Assembly (NCBI GenBank): GCA_963804165.1
Contig: CAWDPO010000004.1
Coordinates: 32,001 to 96,000, forward strand
Reading direction: 5' to 3'
DNA: 64,000 nt
Source of the DNA: an uncultured delta proteobacterium
Lineage (GTDB): Bacteria > Desulfobacterota > Binatia > UBA9968
The notes under the pieces were generated by a model. It searched no databases. It was given only the letters and a program-made list of their open reading frames with translations, and was not told where the DNA came from. The translations under genes were made by a program, and so were the position numbers. Below, in pieces: positions 9,749 to 19,741 of this stretch (positions are counted from its first letter, which is position 1; each line of letters starts with the position of its first letter).

Positions 9749-10684
9749 ATGAGCTCGCTTCCAGCTGAATCCGTCACCGGCGTCTCCAGCAAAACTAAAT
9801 TGCCCAGATTGGCGAAAAAGCGCCTGGAGCGATTCGTCACGCTCTATCCCAAAGCTCTGGTTAGCGATAAACCCGAGGTCGTCCATGATCTGCGCGTCGC
9901 AAGTCGTCGCCTGCAACAGACACTGCGACTGCTGCTGCCGAACGCCAAATCGTCCTCTAGCCGAAAGCTCCTTCGGCTATTGCGCAAAGTCCGTCGCGCT
10001 TTCGGCTCGTGCCGCAACCTCGACGTAAGTATTCATCTAGTTGAGTCGAAGCTTGGCGCGACGACGACAGCCTCACTGCGTTCGGCCTGGGATGCCGTCC
10101 GACAGTGGCTTGAACAAAACCGCGCGGTGGCCATCGAGCGCGGGCGCGCGGAATTGAAGCGCCATGACCTGACCGAATTCATCGCTCGCGTGCAGGCGCG
10201 CATCGAGAATATCGAGGAAGAGCCCGAGGGTGTCGCGCGTCTTCGGGAACGCGCCAGCGACGCGCTCGTCGAATGGCGGGATGCGCTCACTTCAGCGAAG
10301 GAAGATCCGCAAATCGAGAGGATTCACGCATTTCGCATCGCGGGTAAACGGCTGCGCTACCGAGCGGAGTCCATCGCCGAACTCGGCGACCCTTCAGTCA
10401 AACAGTTGGTGGAAGGTCTCAAGGCCCTCCAAGACGATCTCGGCAATTGGCATGACCGTTACGTTTTGCGCGACCTCGTTGCCGAATTCATCGGCCGCCC
10501 GGGATTTCTGGCGGAGGAACCGGGCATGTGCCGCGGGCTCTTGTTAGACATGGAGCGGGATAAACAGCGCGATCATGCGGCGATCAACGACGTAATCGCC
10601 AAGGCCGAGTTAATCGCCGAAACAAATGCAACGCTGCTCCGTTCAAACCACGAGCCGGCCGAAGAAGCCGGCAAAGATCAGTAA
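9749..10684 (+). CDS. CHAD domain protein (polyphosphate binding)
   Basis: VHDLRVASRRL, RNLDV, HAFRIAGKRLRY, LQDDLGNWHD. Confidence 0.92.
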   Translation: MSSLPAESVTGVSSKTKLPRLAKKRLERFVTLYPKALVSDKPEVVHDLRVASRRLQQTLRLLLPNAKSSSSRKLLRLLRKVRRAFGSCRNLDVSIHLVESKLGATTTASLRSAWDAVRQWLEQNRAVAIERGRAELKRHDLTEFIARVQARIENIEEEPEGVARLRERASDALVEWRDALTSAKEDPQIERIHAFRIAGKRLRYRAESIAELGDPSVKQLVEGLKALQDDLGNWHDRYVLRDLVAEFIGRPGFLAEEPGMCRGLLLDMERDKQRDHAAINDVIAKAELIAETNATLLRSNHEPAEEAGKDQ

Positions 10685-11373
10685 CCGTTGCGGGCGATCA
10701 CGCGGTCGACCCGGTCGCGCAAATTTTCAAACACTTCTTCCACGGATCCCGAAGCATCAACGATCTCAAAACCAAACGTCTCGACCATTTTATCGAATTC
10801 GGCGAGCAGCCATTTTTGGTACCGGACGAAGCTCTCGTACATGTCCTCGCCCATGTGCATATCCATGCCGGATTCCCAATAGTCGAAGCCACTACTTTGC
10901 AAGACTCGCGTGACCAGGTCATCGATCTTGATGCGCAAGTAAAAGACCGCATCGGGTTTCAGGGCAAAGCCATAGACCTCACGCAGCCATTCCGGATCGG
11001 CACCGCGCACGATAGCGCGCGCAATCAACGAATAGATATAGCGATCGGTCAAGACGATAAATCCTGCGCGTAGCGCTGGAATAATCTCGTTTTCCAGCCG
11101 GTCGGCGAAATCGGTGGCATAAAACAGGCTCATGGTAATGCCGCCCAGGGTATGCCCTTCCTTCGCCTGCTTGAGCCGCTTACCGGCCAGCGCCGACCGC
11201 GTCATGCCCGTGTCTAAGACCGCGTGACCGTGGTTCTCGAGCCACTGTTTGAGCAAGCCGATATGCGTCGAACGGCCGACGCCGTCGGTTCCTTCCAGGA
11301 CAACGAGTTTGCCCTTCAGCTCTTCGAGATCTATGCCCGGGAGCTCTTCGCCAAAGAAGCCAAATCTAGCCAT
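10678..11373 (-). CDS. Thymidylate-kinase-fold protein with variant P-loop (PPK3-like subunit candidate)
   Basis: EGTDGVGRST (Lys to Arg), DFADRLE, TDRYIYS, YWESGMD. Confidence 0.8.
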   Translation of the reverse strand: MARFGFFGEELPGIDLEELKGKLVVLEGTDGVGRSTHIGLLKQWLENHGHAVLDTGMTRSALAGKRLKQAKEGHTLGGITMSLFYATDFADRLENEIIPALRAGFIVLTDRYIYSLIARAIVRGADPEWLREVYGFALKPDAVFYLRIKIDDLVTRVLQSSGFDYWESGMDMHMGEDMYESFVRYQKWLLAEFDKMVETFGFEIVDASGSVEEVFENLRDRVDRVIARNGY

Positions 11374-12065
11374 TTTCGAATCCTAGTTTTTTTCGTTCCT
11401 TCCAATGCCTGGGAGACAATTCTTCTGACTTCCGATTGCTGTTCCTCGATGGAGCGAGTGGCGTCGATAACGACTAGACCAAATTCATCGACCATCTTCT
11501 CATATTCGCCGACAATGCGATCTTGAAAGCAACGAAAACTCTCTTCGATGTCATCGCTCAACTCCAAATCCATACCGGCTTCATAGTACTTGATCGCATC
11601 CCGCCCACCTAAGATTCGCTTCATCGCAACGTCGAGCGACGTGCGGAAATAAAGCGCGACCGTGGGCTTGACGGCGAACGCGTAAAGCTCTCGCACCCAC
11701 TTCGGACTCACACCACGAACCACGTCCCGGGCAAACGCGGTATAAACATAGCGGTCGGCCAGGACAACCGCGCCGGCTTTCAAAGGCGGAATAATATGAT
11801 GCTCGGTTCGATCGGCGAAATCCGTCGCGTGGATCAAACTAAAAGTCATGGGGGTTAGCATTTTCTTCTTCTTGCCGCGCTTTGTGACCTCGTGCACCAG
11901 CGGCGAAGAATTCCACTCACTGAAATAAACCACATAGCCTTCCGACTCGAGCCACTTTTTGAGCAGCATCAGTTGAGTGCTTTTTCCTGAACCATCGATT
12001 CCTTCGACGATAAACAGCCGCCCGGGAAAGCGGTGCTTTCCGTACATTTTCATCCCGCCAGCCAT
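11331..12065 (-). CDS. Thymidylate-kinase-fold protein with canonical P-loop (PPK3-like subunit candidate)
   Basis: EGIDGSGKSTQ, SEWNSS, DFADR, ADRYVYT, YYEAGMD. Confidence 0.8.
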   Translation of the reverse strand: MAGGMKMYGKHRFPGRLFIVEGIDGSGKSTQLMLLKKWLESEGYVVYFSEWNSSPLVHEVTKRGKKKKMLTPMTFSLIHATDFADRTEHHIIPPLKAGAVVLADRYVYTAFARDVVRGVSPKWVRELYAFAVKPTVALYFRTSLDVAMKRILGGRDAIKYYEAGMDLELSDDIEESFRCFQDRIVGEYEKMVDEFGLVVIDATRSIEEQQSEVRRIVSQALEGTKKTRIRKWLDLASLAKSSRA

Positions 12066-12167
12066 ATTCGTCCTTTCAATGAAACTAGGTGCGCTCACCC
12101 GGAGCATCAGCCGCTGAACTCTAGCAAAGGAACCGTCGACTTGCCTAGGGGGTTCGCTGCCTTGAAT

Positions 12168-12255
12168 GTTAAATCTTTGTTAAGCGGCCAATCTATATAG
12201 CATTCTCCGCTGTAACGTTAACAGTTTCTTAATAGCCGCTTAACTTTGGATTTAC
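12168..12255. promoter_or_regulatory. Divergent Pho-box-like arrays between the TMK-like pair and pstS
   Basis: Minus strand TTAAC x2 (12168, 12179); plus strand TTAAC 12218, TTAAT 12229, TTAAC 12240, TTTAC 12251. Confidence 0.65.
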
Positions 12256-12349
12256 TCTCCCTCTTTACTAATACCGTCGAAGTTAAAATGAAAGCCGATC
12301 GGCTCCAATTGCGTAAAATAAGGTCGCGATGCCGCAGTCCTTGCACTAG

Positions 12350-12387
12350 TTCACACAACGTTAATCGATTCGTAACAATTCCGTAAT
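12350..12387 (+). promoter_or_regulatory. Pho-box array upstream of pstS
   Basis: TTCAC 12350, TTAAT 12361, GTAAC 12372, GTAAT 12383. Confidence 0.75.
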
Positions 12388-12424
12388 AATTGACCATTAA
12401 TACCAGAGAAAAAGGAGAAAATGT

Positions 12425-13414
12425 ATGATTAACGCAATCTTAAGTCTCTTGCTTGTTGCGGCTCTGGGCGCCATACCAAAGCTAGCCACGGCACAGATCA
12501 TTCAAATCGACGGCTCAAGTACAGTATTTCCGGTTACTGAGGCGGTAGCGGAGGAGTTTCAAAAATCAAAGAAGGGCAAGGTCAAAGTAACCGTGGGTAT
12601 CGCCGGCACTGGCGGCGGCTTTAAGAAGTTCTGCCGCGGTGAGACCGATATCAGCAACGCATCTCGGCCAATTCTCAAAGCGGAGATCGAGACCTGTAAG
12701 CAGAGCAGTGTGCAATTTTTCGAGTTGCCGGTTGCCTATGACGCTCTGACGGTGATCGTGAATCCGAAGAACGATTGGGTAAAAGCCCTGACCGTGCCGG
12801 ATTTAAAGAAGATGTGGGAACCGGGAGCGCAGGGCAAAATCACAAGCTGGAACCAAGTACGCTCGGAATGGCCAAGCAACCCGCTGAAGCTGTTCGGACC
12901 CGGCGCTGACTCGGGGACATTTGACTATTTTACCGAAGCTATCGTGGGCAAGGCAAAATCGAGCCGTGGTGATTTCACGGCCAGTGAAGATGACAACGTT
13001 CTGGTGCAAGGCGTCGCCAATGACCGCAATGCTTTGGGTTATTTTGGATTTGCTTACTACACGGAGAACCAGGGCAAGTTAAAAGCCGCCTCGATTGATA
13101 ACGGCAAGGGCCCGGTACTGCCTTCGGCCAAAACCGTAGAAGACGGCACCTACCAGCCGCTTTCGCGCCCTATTTTTATTTACGTGAGCAAGAAGTCTTA
13201 CGATACTAAGCCTGAGGTCAAAGAGTTTGTCGAATATTACCTCAAACAAGGGCCCCAGCTGATCAGACAGGTCAAGTATGTGCCGCTGCCCCAGTCGGCC
13301 TACAGCATGAGCATGGATCACATGAAAAAGGGCAAGGTTGGAACCGTTTTCGGTGGCGAAGCAGAAGTTGGCGTCAAGATCGAGGATCTGCTTAAACGGG
13401 AAGCCAAGTTCTAG
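12425..13414 (+). CDS. pstS: Phosphate ABC transporter substrate-binding protein
   Basis: Signal peptide; [39 protein letters not shown]. Confidence 0.96.
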   Translation: MINAILSLLLVAALGAIPKLATAQIIQIDGSSTVFPVTEAVAEEFQKSKKGKVKVTVGIAGTGGGFKKFCRGETDISNASRPILKAEIETCKQSSVQFFELPVAYDALTVIVNPKNDWVKALTVPDLKKMWEPGAQGKITSWNQVRSEWPSNPLKLFGPGADSGTFDYFTEAIVGKAKSSRGDFTASEDDNVLVQGVANDRNALGYFGFAYYTENQGKLKAASIDNGKGPVLPSAKTVEDGTYQPLSRPIFIYVSKKSYDTKPEVKEFVEYYLKQGPQLIRQVKYVPLPQSAYSMSMDHMKKGKVGTVFGGEAEVGVKIEDLLKREAKF

Positions 13415-13429
13415 CTGTTCGATACTCGG

Positions 13430-13464
13430 CGAGACGGAGCGTCCCAGACGCTCCGTCTCGTTTA
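13430..13464 (+). terminator. pstS-pstC intergenic stem-loop
   Basis: CGAGACGGAGCGTC-cca-GACGCTCCGTCTCG-TTTA, perfect 14-bp stem. Confidence 0.7.
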
Positions 13465-13509
13465 TGTGGAGTCCCTTAGTTTTTTGAAGAAGCATCGAAG
13501 GAAACACAC

Positions 13510-14459
13510 GTGGAAACAGATCAAGCCAACGCCGCTTATCTCGCCCTACAAAGCCAAGTCAAAGGCAGGGCTTCCGGCGTAACACTCCGAAAAATTCGCG
13601 AGCGCGCCATCGAGTTCACCATGTTTCTCTGCGCTCTTTTTCGGTCGCGATCACCGGGGGCATCGTCTGGGTCTTGGTCTACGAGTCCTGGCATTTTTTT
13701 GAAACTGTATCGATCATTGATTTTCTCACCGACACTCAATGGACGGTTTTGTTCGAGAACCCCCACTACGGCATCATGCCATTGGTGACCGGAACCCTCG
13801 TGACCTCGGGCGTCGCTCTGCTGGTGGCGTTCCCGCTGGGAACTACCATTGCCATCTATTTAAGTGAATACGCCAACACCACGGTTCGTGAAATCTTGAA
13901 GCCGATCCTGGAGTTATTGAGCGCCGTGCCGACGGTGGTTTTCGGCTACTTTGCGCTGCTGTTTATCACACCCATGCTGCAGAATGTCCTGCCAGATCTG
14001 CCAGGCTTTAACATGTTGAGCGCCGGCATCGTCATTGGCATCATGATTATCCCCTATATCAGTTCCCTCAGTGAAGACGCGATGAAGGCCGTGCCGGTGC
14101 ACATCCGCGAAGGATCCTATGCGATGGGAGCGACTCGCCTGCAGACGGCGCTTCGCGTGCTCATTCCCGCGGCGTTCTCCGGAATCGCTTCCGCCTACGT
14201 CCTCGGATTTTCTCGCGCCGTGGGTGAAACCATGGTGGTTGCCGTTGCCGCGGGTACTCAACCCAATCTGACGCTGAATCCGATGGAAGGAGCCGCCACG
14301 ATCACCGCCTACATCGTGCAAGTGAGCTTGGGCGATCTGCCCCACGGCAGCGTCGCCTATCAGAGTATTTTTGCCGCTGGCTTGACGCTGATGTGCATGA
14401 CGTTGATTTTTAACATCGCCGGCTACTTACTCCGAAAGCGCTTCCGGGAGATTTACTGA
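13510..14459 (+). CDS. pstC: Phosphate ABC permease PstC (one-base frameshift in the T-run at 13637-13641, probably a sequencing error)
   Basis: Adding one T joins ...MFLCALF to [15 protein letters not shown]; [23 protein letters not shown] motifs. Confidence 0.92.
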
Positions 14460-14460
14460 T

Positions 14461-15384
14461 ATGCAGCAGCCCTCTCAATCCGAAATTGAAAAGAGCGTCG
14501 CGACCAACAAAAATCGCGACAAGCTGTTTGCCGTGCTCGGTTTGCTCGCGACTTTCGTCGGCATGCTAACCCTGGCAGCCTTGCTTGCCGACCTAGCTAT
14601 AGACGGATTGGCGCGTCTGCAGCCACACTTCTTTACGTCGTTTCCATCGCGTTTTGCCGGCCAAGCAGGGATTCTATCCTCTTGGGTAGGTACGATTCTC
14701 GTCATGATCGTCACTGCTCTGACGGCGGTCCCAATGGGCGTGGCCGCGGGCGTTTATCTTGAGGAATACGCACCCAAAAACTGGTTCACCGCGATCATCG
14801 AGATCAATATCGCGAACCTGGCTGGGGTGCCGTCCATTGTATATGGCTTGATGGCGCTTGGGTTGTTCGTCTACCAGTTCAGATTCGGACAGAGCATACT
14901 TTCGGCCGGGCTCACGCTAGCGCTGTTGATTTTACCAATTGTCATCGTCTCCACTCGCGAGTCCCTCCGCGCCGTTCCCGGAAGCATGAGAGAAGCGGCT
15001 TATGCCCTGGGCGCGACGAAATGGCAAACCACCAGCGATCACGTCTTGCCCTACTCCATGGGTGGTATCTTGACCGGTGTCATTATCGGCCTCTCGCGCG
15101 CCATCGGTGAAACCGCGCCCTTGATTACGATCGGCGCCCTTACTTTTATCGCATTTCTGCCGGACTCTCCGATCAAGGGAGAATTTCCCTTTATCTCCTT
15201 CGACTGGATTTGGTCGCCCTATTCCGTGATGCCGATTCAAATGTTCAACTGGGTGTCGCGGCCGCAAGCCGAATTCCACCTCAATGCCGCCGCCACGGGC
15301 TTAGTGCTGATGGTCATGACCTTGGCGATGAACGGCATTGCGATTTATTTTCGCTACCGCTTCCGTAAACGCATCAAATGGTAG
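14461..15384 (+). CDS. pstA: Phosphate ABC permease PstA
   Basis: [28 protein letters not shown]. Confidence 0.96.
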   Translation: MQQPSQSEIEKSVATNKNRDKLFAVLGLLATFVGMLTLAALLADLAIDGLARLQPHFFTSFPSRFAGQAGILSSWVGTILVMIVTALTAVPMGVAAGVYLEEYAPKNWFTAIIEINIANLAGVPSIVYGLMALGLFVYQFRFGQSILSAGLTLALLILPIVIVSTRESLRAVPGSMREAAYALGATKWQTTSDHVLPYSMGGILTGVIIGLSRAIGETAPLITIGALTFIAFLPDSPIKGEFPFISFDWIWSPYSVMPIQMFNWVSRPQAEFHLNAAATGLVLMVMTLAMNGIAIYFRYRFRKRIKW

Positions 15385-15396
15385 TCCGGAGGCCCA

Positions 15397-16275
15397 ATGA
15401 CAAATACATCCGATGGAGGTAAGATGAGCGTCCAAGAACCAACGGAAACCGTAACAGGGACCCGGCCTTCAATGAAAGCGATGGACACCTCGGTGATGAA
15501 TGCTAACTCCGGCGAGCTGGTCAACAATATTTTCAGCGTTGAAAACGTCAATTTCTACTATGGCGATAAACACGCTCTTAAATCCATCAACTTGGAGATC
15601 GGCGAAAAAAAAGCGACGGCTTTTATCGGCCCTTCCGGTTGCGGCAAGACCACCCTGCTGCGCTGCTTGAATCGCATGAACGACCTGGTTTTGAATACCC
15701 GCGTCACGGGGCAGATCAAGCTCGACGGCAAAAACATCTACGACCCGGCCATGGACGTCATCAATCTCAGGCGTCGCGTCGGCATGATTTTTCAAAAATG
15801 GAATCCTTTTCCCAAGAGCATTTACGAGAATATCGTTTACGGGTTGCGCATCGTCGGTGTCAACAACCGCGCCTACCTCGATGAAGTTGTCGAAAAGAGC
15901 TTGCGGCGCGCGGCTCTATGGGATGAAGTCAAAGACAGCTTGCACAAGAGCGCGGCGGATCTGTCCGGTGGACAACAGCAAAGACTTTGCATCGCCCGCG
16001 CCCTGGCTGTGGAACCGGACGTGTTGCTGATGGACGAGCCCTGTTCCGCGCTCGATCCAATTTCCACGGCCAAGATCGAGGAGCTGATTCACGAGCTCAA
16101 GGATACCTTCACCATCGTTATCGTCACGCACAACATGCAACAGGCGGCTCGTTGCGCGGATCGCACTGCGTTTTTTTATCTCGGCGAGTTGATTGAGTTT
16201 GGCGAGACCGGGACGCTGTTCACGACACCGCAAAAACGCCAGACTGAAGACTATATTACCGGCCGGTTCGGCTAA
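15397..16275 (+). CDS. pstB: Phosphate ABC ATPase PstB (start uncertain)
   Basis: [47 protein letters not shown]. Confidence 0.97.
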   Translation: MTNTSDGGKMSVQEPTETVTGTRPSMKAMDTSVMNANSGELVNNIFSVENVNFYYGDKHALKSINLEIGEKKATAFIGPSGCGKTTLLRCLNRMNDLVLNTRVTGQIKLDGKNIYDPAMDVINLRRRVGMIFQKWNPFPKSIYENIVYGLRIVGVNNRAYLDEVVEKSLRRAALWDEVKDSLHKSAADLSGGQQQRLCIARALAVEPDVLLMDEPCSALDPISTAKIEELIHELKDTFTIVIVTHNMQQAARCADRTAFFYLGELIEFGETGTLFTTPQKRQTEDYITGRFG

Positions 16276-16285
16276 GAGGTGCCAG

Positions 16286-16972
16286 ATGAACTCGGAACAT
16301 ACCGACAAGAAGTACGAAGAAGAATTGAAAAGGCTCCGTGAGGAGATTCTTTATATGGGCGGGCTCGTCGAGGATCAAATCCAAAAAGCCGTGAAGTCTC
16401 TGGTCGACCGAGATTCCCAGTCGGCCAACATTATCATCGAGCGCGACCACGAAGTGAATCGCTTGGACGTGGAAATCGACGAGCTGTGCATTCGTCTGCT
16501 GGCCCTGCATCAACCGGCGGGAAGGGACCTGCGCTTCATCACGACGGGACTCAAGATTACGACGGACCTCGAACGGATCGGCGATATGGCCGTGAATACC
16601 TGCGAGCGCGCCCTGGAGCTCAACCAGGAGCCGCAGCTCAAACCTTACATCGATATCCCGCGCATGGCGCGCATCGCCCAGCGGATGATTCGCGAAAGTC
16701 TTGATGCTTTCGTACGCGAGGATACGGATCTCGCGCTCAAGGTTTGCAAGGATGACGAGGAGATCGATCAGCTCAACAGCCAGATCTTTCGCGAAGTCAT
16801 CAGTTTCATGATCGAGGACCCGCACACCGTAAGCCGCGCGATGAAGATCAGCTCGATTTCGAAGTACCTCGAGCGGATTGCCGATCACGCGACGAATATC
16901 GCGGAGATGGTCATCTTCATGGTCAAGGGCAAAAGCATCCGTCACATGAAAGAATTGCCGCCGTCAATTTAG
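16286..16972 (+). CDS. phoU: Phosphate signalling protein PhoU
   Basis: QPAGRDLR, DLERIGD, LERIADHATNIAE. Confidence 0.97.
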   Translation: MNSEHTDKKYEEELKRLREEILYMGGLVEDQIQKAVKSLVDRDSQSANIIIERDHEVNRLDVEIDELCIRLLALHQPAGRDLRFITTGLKITTDLERIGDMAVNTCERALELNQEPQLKPYIDIPRMARIAQRMIRESLDAFVREDTDLALKVCKDDEEIDQLNSQIFREVISFMIEDPHTVSRAMKISSISKYLERIADHATNIAEMVIFMVKGKSIRHMKELPPSI

Positions 16973-16985
16973 CTAGGGGAAATTG

Positions 16986-17702
16986 GTGAAAACCGGACAA
17001 AAAATTCTGATCGTCGAAGACGAGCCCGATATCCGCAAGCTGGTCAGCTACAACCTGGTACAAGAGCGCTTTCGGGTTTTGGAAGCGGAAGACGGCGAGC
17101 AAGGGTTAAGGATAGTACAGCGGGACAAACCGGATCTGGTCATTTTGGATCTCATGCTGCCCGGGTTGTCCGGCATGGAACTGTGTAAGATACTTCGCGA
17201 ACGTTCAGAAACCGAAAGACTGCCCGTGCTCATGCTTACCGCCAAAGCCGGCGAAGCCGATCGCATTGTCGGGCTTGAAATGGGCGCCGACGACTACCTG
17301 GCAAAACCTTTCAGTCCGCGCGAACTCGTCGCACGGGTGCGGGCCATCCTGCGCCGGGTGGAAAGCGCCAAGCAAACGGACACCGCGCCGACCTACGATA
17401 GAGGCGGTCTCAAAATCGATTACAGCACTTATGAAGTCTTCGCCCGCGGACACAATGTCAGGCTCACATTGAAGGAGTTTGAGCTTCTGCGCTTTTTGGT
17501 TCAAAATCCCAACCGGGTGCTCAGCCGGGATCAATTGCTCGATCGAGTATGGGGCGGGGAAACGTACGTGACGCCGCGTACGGTCGACGTGCACATTCGC
17601 CGCCTGCGAAAGGCGATCGAGAAGGACGATAGCAAACCGAAATGGATCTTAACGCTGCGAGGTGTCGGCTATAAATTCGATGAAAAGGCTTTGGAACAGT
17701 AG
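16986..17702 (+). CDS. phoB: PhoB/PhoP OmpR-family response regulator
   Basis: Receiver (VEDE, LDLMLP, GADDY) plus winged HTH (RTVDVHIRRLR); pst context. Confidence 0.9.
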   Translation: MKTGQKILIVEDEPDIRKLVSYNLVQERFRVLEAEDGEQGLRIVQRDKPDLVILDLMLPGLSGMELCKILRERSETERLPVLMLTAKAGEADRIVGLEMGADDYLAKPFSPRELVARVRAILRRVESAKQTDTAPTYDRGGLKIDYSTYEVFARGHNVRLTLKEFELLRFLVQNPNRVLSRDQLLDRVWGGETYVTPRTVDVHIRRLRKAIEKDDSKPKWILTLRGVGYKFDEKALEQ

Positions 17703-19530
17703 CCTCGTCACCCGGGTTTTTCTTTCGTATCTTGCCGTCGTCGTACTGCTATTTGCCTGCTTCTACATCTATTCCAGCGCTGAGCTAAGAAAACTGCAAA
17801 TCGCCGCCGTCAGCGAGCGTATCGGGCAACAGGCGCGCTTCCTCTCGCGCGTCCTGCCCGTCGGAGAAGAAGGCCCGGCTCTCGACACACTGTGCCGACA
17901 GTTGGGCAACGACCTCGGCACGCGCATCACCGTGATAGCCCCAGACGGCAAGGTGCTCGGCGACTCGGCCGAACCTTCCCTAAAAATGGAGAATCATGCC
18001 GGCCGTCCTGAAATCATCGAAGCCGTGAAGCGGGGCTCCGGGAGCGCCACGCGCTACAGCACCACCGTGAGTCATGAGATGGTCTATCACGCCTTTTACC
18101 AAACCGGCGCAGGTACACAGCGCATCGTGCGCGTCGCAAAACCTCTCACCGATGTAGAAAGCGCCATTCAACCGATTCGCTGGTCCATCGTGAGCGGCTT
18201 TTTTCTCGCGTCCGGTTTTGGTTTGCTCTTGGCGTGGTTCTTCTCCGGCCAGCTCAGCCGACGCTTTCGCCGTTTGGAGCAGTTTGCCGATCAGGTCGCG
18301 CAAGGATCATTCCCGCAGAATTTTTTTCCGAACCGCGCGCGCGATGAGATATCCGTTCTCGAGCAGCGTTTGAATGACATGAGCGCTCGAATCCGCGACA
18401 ATTTGCAGCAGGTCATCGCAGAAAAAGAAAAATCGGATTCGATATTGCGCTGCATGATCGAAGGGGTTTTGGTGCTCGATCCCAAGGGCAATGTTCTGGT
18501 GATGAATGAGCAGGCCAAAGCGATGTTTCAAGTGCCGCAAGGAAGAGAGATTTCCGGCGTCTCGATGTTGGAAATTTCGCGCCATCCCGAAGTCCACCGC
18601 ATTCTAGAAGACGTATTGGCTTTTGATTTTTCCGACGCCCGCTACTCGAAAGAAGTCGAGCTCGACGACGAGCGCTGGTTTCGCGTCAACGCCGTAAGAC
18701 TCCGCAGTCCCCAGGGCCAGTCCCTCGGTTCGATTCTGGTATTTCACGATGTGACCGACATCCGGCGCTTTGAGTCGATGCGCTCCGATTTCGTGGCGAA
18801 CGTATCACATGAACTGCGCACCCCGCTCACCGCTATTCGCGGTTATGTCGAGACTTTACTGGAAACACCGCCCTCGAACCCGGACGATAGCCGGCAATTT
18901 CTCGAAATCATTGACCGCCACTCGGAGCGGTTGAGCCGCCTCACCGAAGACTTACTGACTCTCTCCGACCTCGAATCAGGCAACATCCGACTCGCGCTTC
19001 AGCCGCTGGATGCGAACCACCTGATTCAACGGGTCCTGGAAATATTCTGGGATCGCGCCGCTAAGAAAGACGTCCGTCTCATGCATCGCGTCGCAGCCGA
19101 TGTGCCGAAACTCCACGGCGATGTCGACCGCCTACAACAGCTTTTTATCAACCTCGTCGACAATGCGATCAAATACACGCCGGCTGGCGGCACCATCACC
19201 CTGACGGCAACTCCGAACGTCGTGACCAACGGTTCGGCGCGCCAAGTCGAAATCGCCGTAAGCGACACCGGCCCGGGCATTCCGGAAAAGGATTTACCCC
19301 GGCTCACCGAACGGTTTTATAGAGTTGACAAAACGCGCTCCCGCGATCTCGGCGGCACCGGACTCGGTTTGGCAATCGTTAAGCACATCGTGCAAGCGCA
19401 TAAAGGCGAGTTAAAGATTGAAAGCGAGATCAATAAAGGCACCATCGTGCGGGTTCGCCTACCGGAAGCTCAATCGAATGGCCACCGAGCCCAAGGAGCT
19501 GAACCCTCTGAAGGTGCGGGTCATGCGTGA
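17680..19530 (+). CDS. phoR: PhoR sensor histidine kinase (TM-HAMP-PAS-HisKA-HATPase)
   Basis: ENHAGRPEI, FVANVSHELRTPLT, NLVDNAIKY, ERFYRVD, GGTGLGL. Confidence 0.92.
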   Translation: MKRLWNSSLVTRVFLSYLAVVVLLFACFYIYSSAELRKLQIAAVSERIGQQARFLSRVLPVGEEGPALDTLCRQLGNDLGTRITVIAPDGKVLGDSAEPSLKMENHAGRPEIIEAVKRGSGSATRYSTTVSHEMVYHAFYQTGAGTQRIVRVAKPLTDVESAIQPIRWSIVSGFFLASGFGLLLAWFFSGQLSRRFRRLEQFADQVAQGSFPQNFFPNRARDEISVLEQRLNDMSARIRDNLQQVIAEKEKSDSILRCMIEGVLVLDPKGNVLVMNEQAKAMFQVPQGREISGVSMLEISRHPEVHRILEDVLAFDFSDARYSKEVELDDERWFRVNAVRLRSPQGQSLGSILVFHDVTDIRRFESMRSDFVANVSHELRTPLTAIRGYVETLLETPPSNPDDSRQFLEIIDRHSERLSRLTEDLLTLSDLESGNIRLALQPLDANHLIQRVLEIFWDRAAKKDVRLMHRVAADVPKLHGDVDRLQQLFINLVDNAIKYTPAGGTITLTATPNVVTNGSARQVEIAVSDTGPGIPEKDLPRLTERFYRVDKTRSRDLGGTGLGLAIVKHIVQAHKGELKIESEINKGTIVRVRLPEAQSNGHRAQGAEPSEGAGHA

Positions 19531-19651
19531 AGCCGGGAGCGAGGAAGAAGTCTTGGCGGCCTTTCGCCACGTTCGAGACGAAATTCGTTCGCGTGTCCGG
19601 CAACTTTTCGCGAGCAACACCGTTAAGCCCTTACGGTCGAAACGCTCGTAA
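19478..19651 (+). pseudogene. Relic of an LMW-PTP/ArsC domain at the 3' end of phoR
   Basis: TEPKELNPLKVRVMREAG joined directly to SEEEVLAAFRHVRDEIRSRV, two non-adjacent ArsC segments. Confidence 0.6.
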
Positions 19652-19685
19652 CATTTCCGCAACATTTTCGTAACATTGCATTGAC
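19648..19685 (+). promoter_or_regulatory. Pho-box-like array upstream of DUF47-pit
   Basis: GTAACATT 19648, GCAACATT 19659, GTAACATT 19670, TTGAC 19681. Confidence 0.75.
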
Positions 19686-19741
19686 AACGGCTTTGCCTGC
19701 CTGTTAATTACAAGCCTGCTTTATCACGAAAGGCGGCTTAC

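Noticed and set aside
10678-12065. Annotation of the pair as housekeeping dTMP kinases (tmk)
   Set aside because: The tandem paralogues, one variant P-loop, and the polyP/Pho context argue against it, so the gene symbol was withheld
13637-13641. Phase variation or programmed frameshift in pstC
   Set aside because: The run is only five T and similar one-base losses occur elsewhere, so sequencing error is more likely
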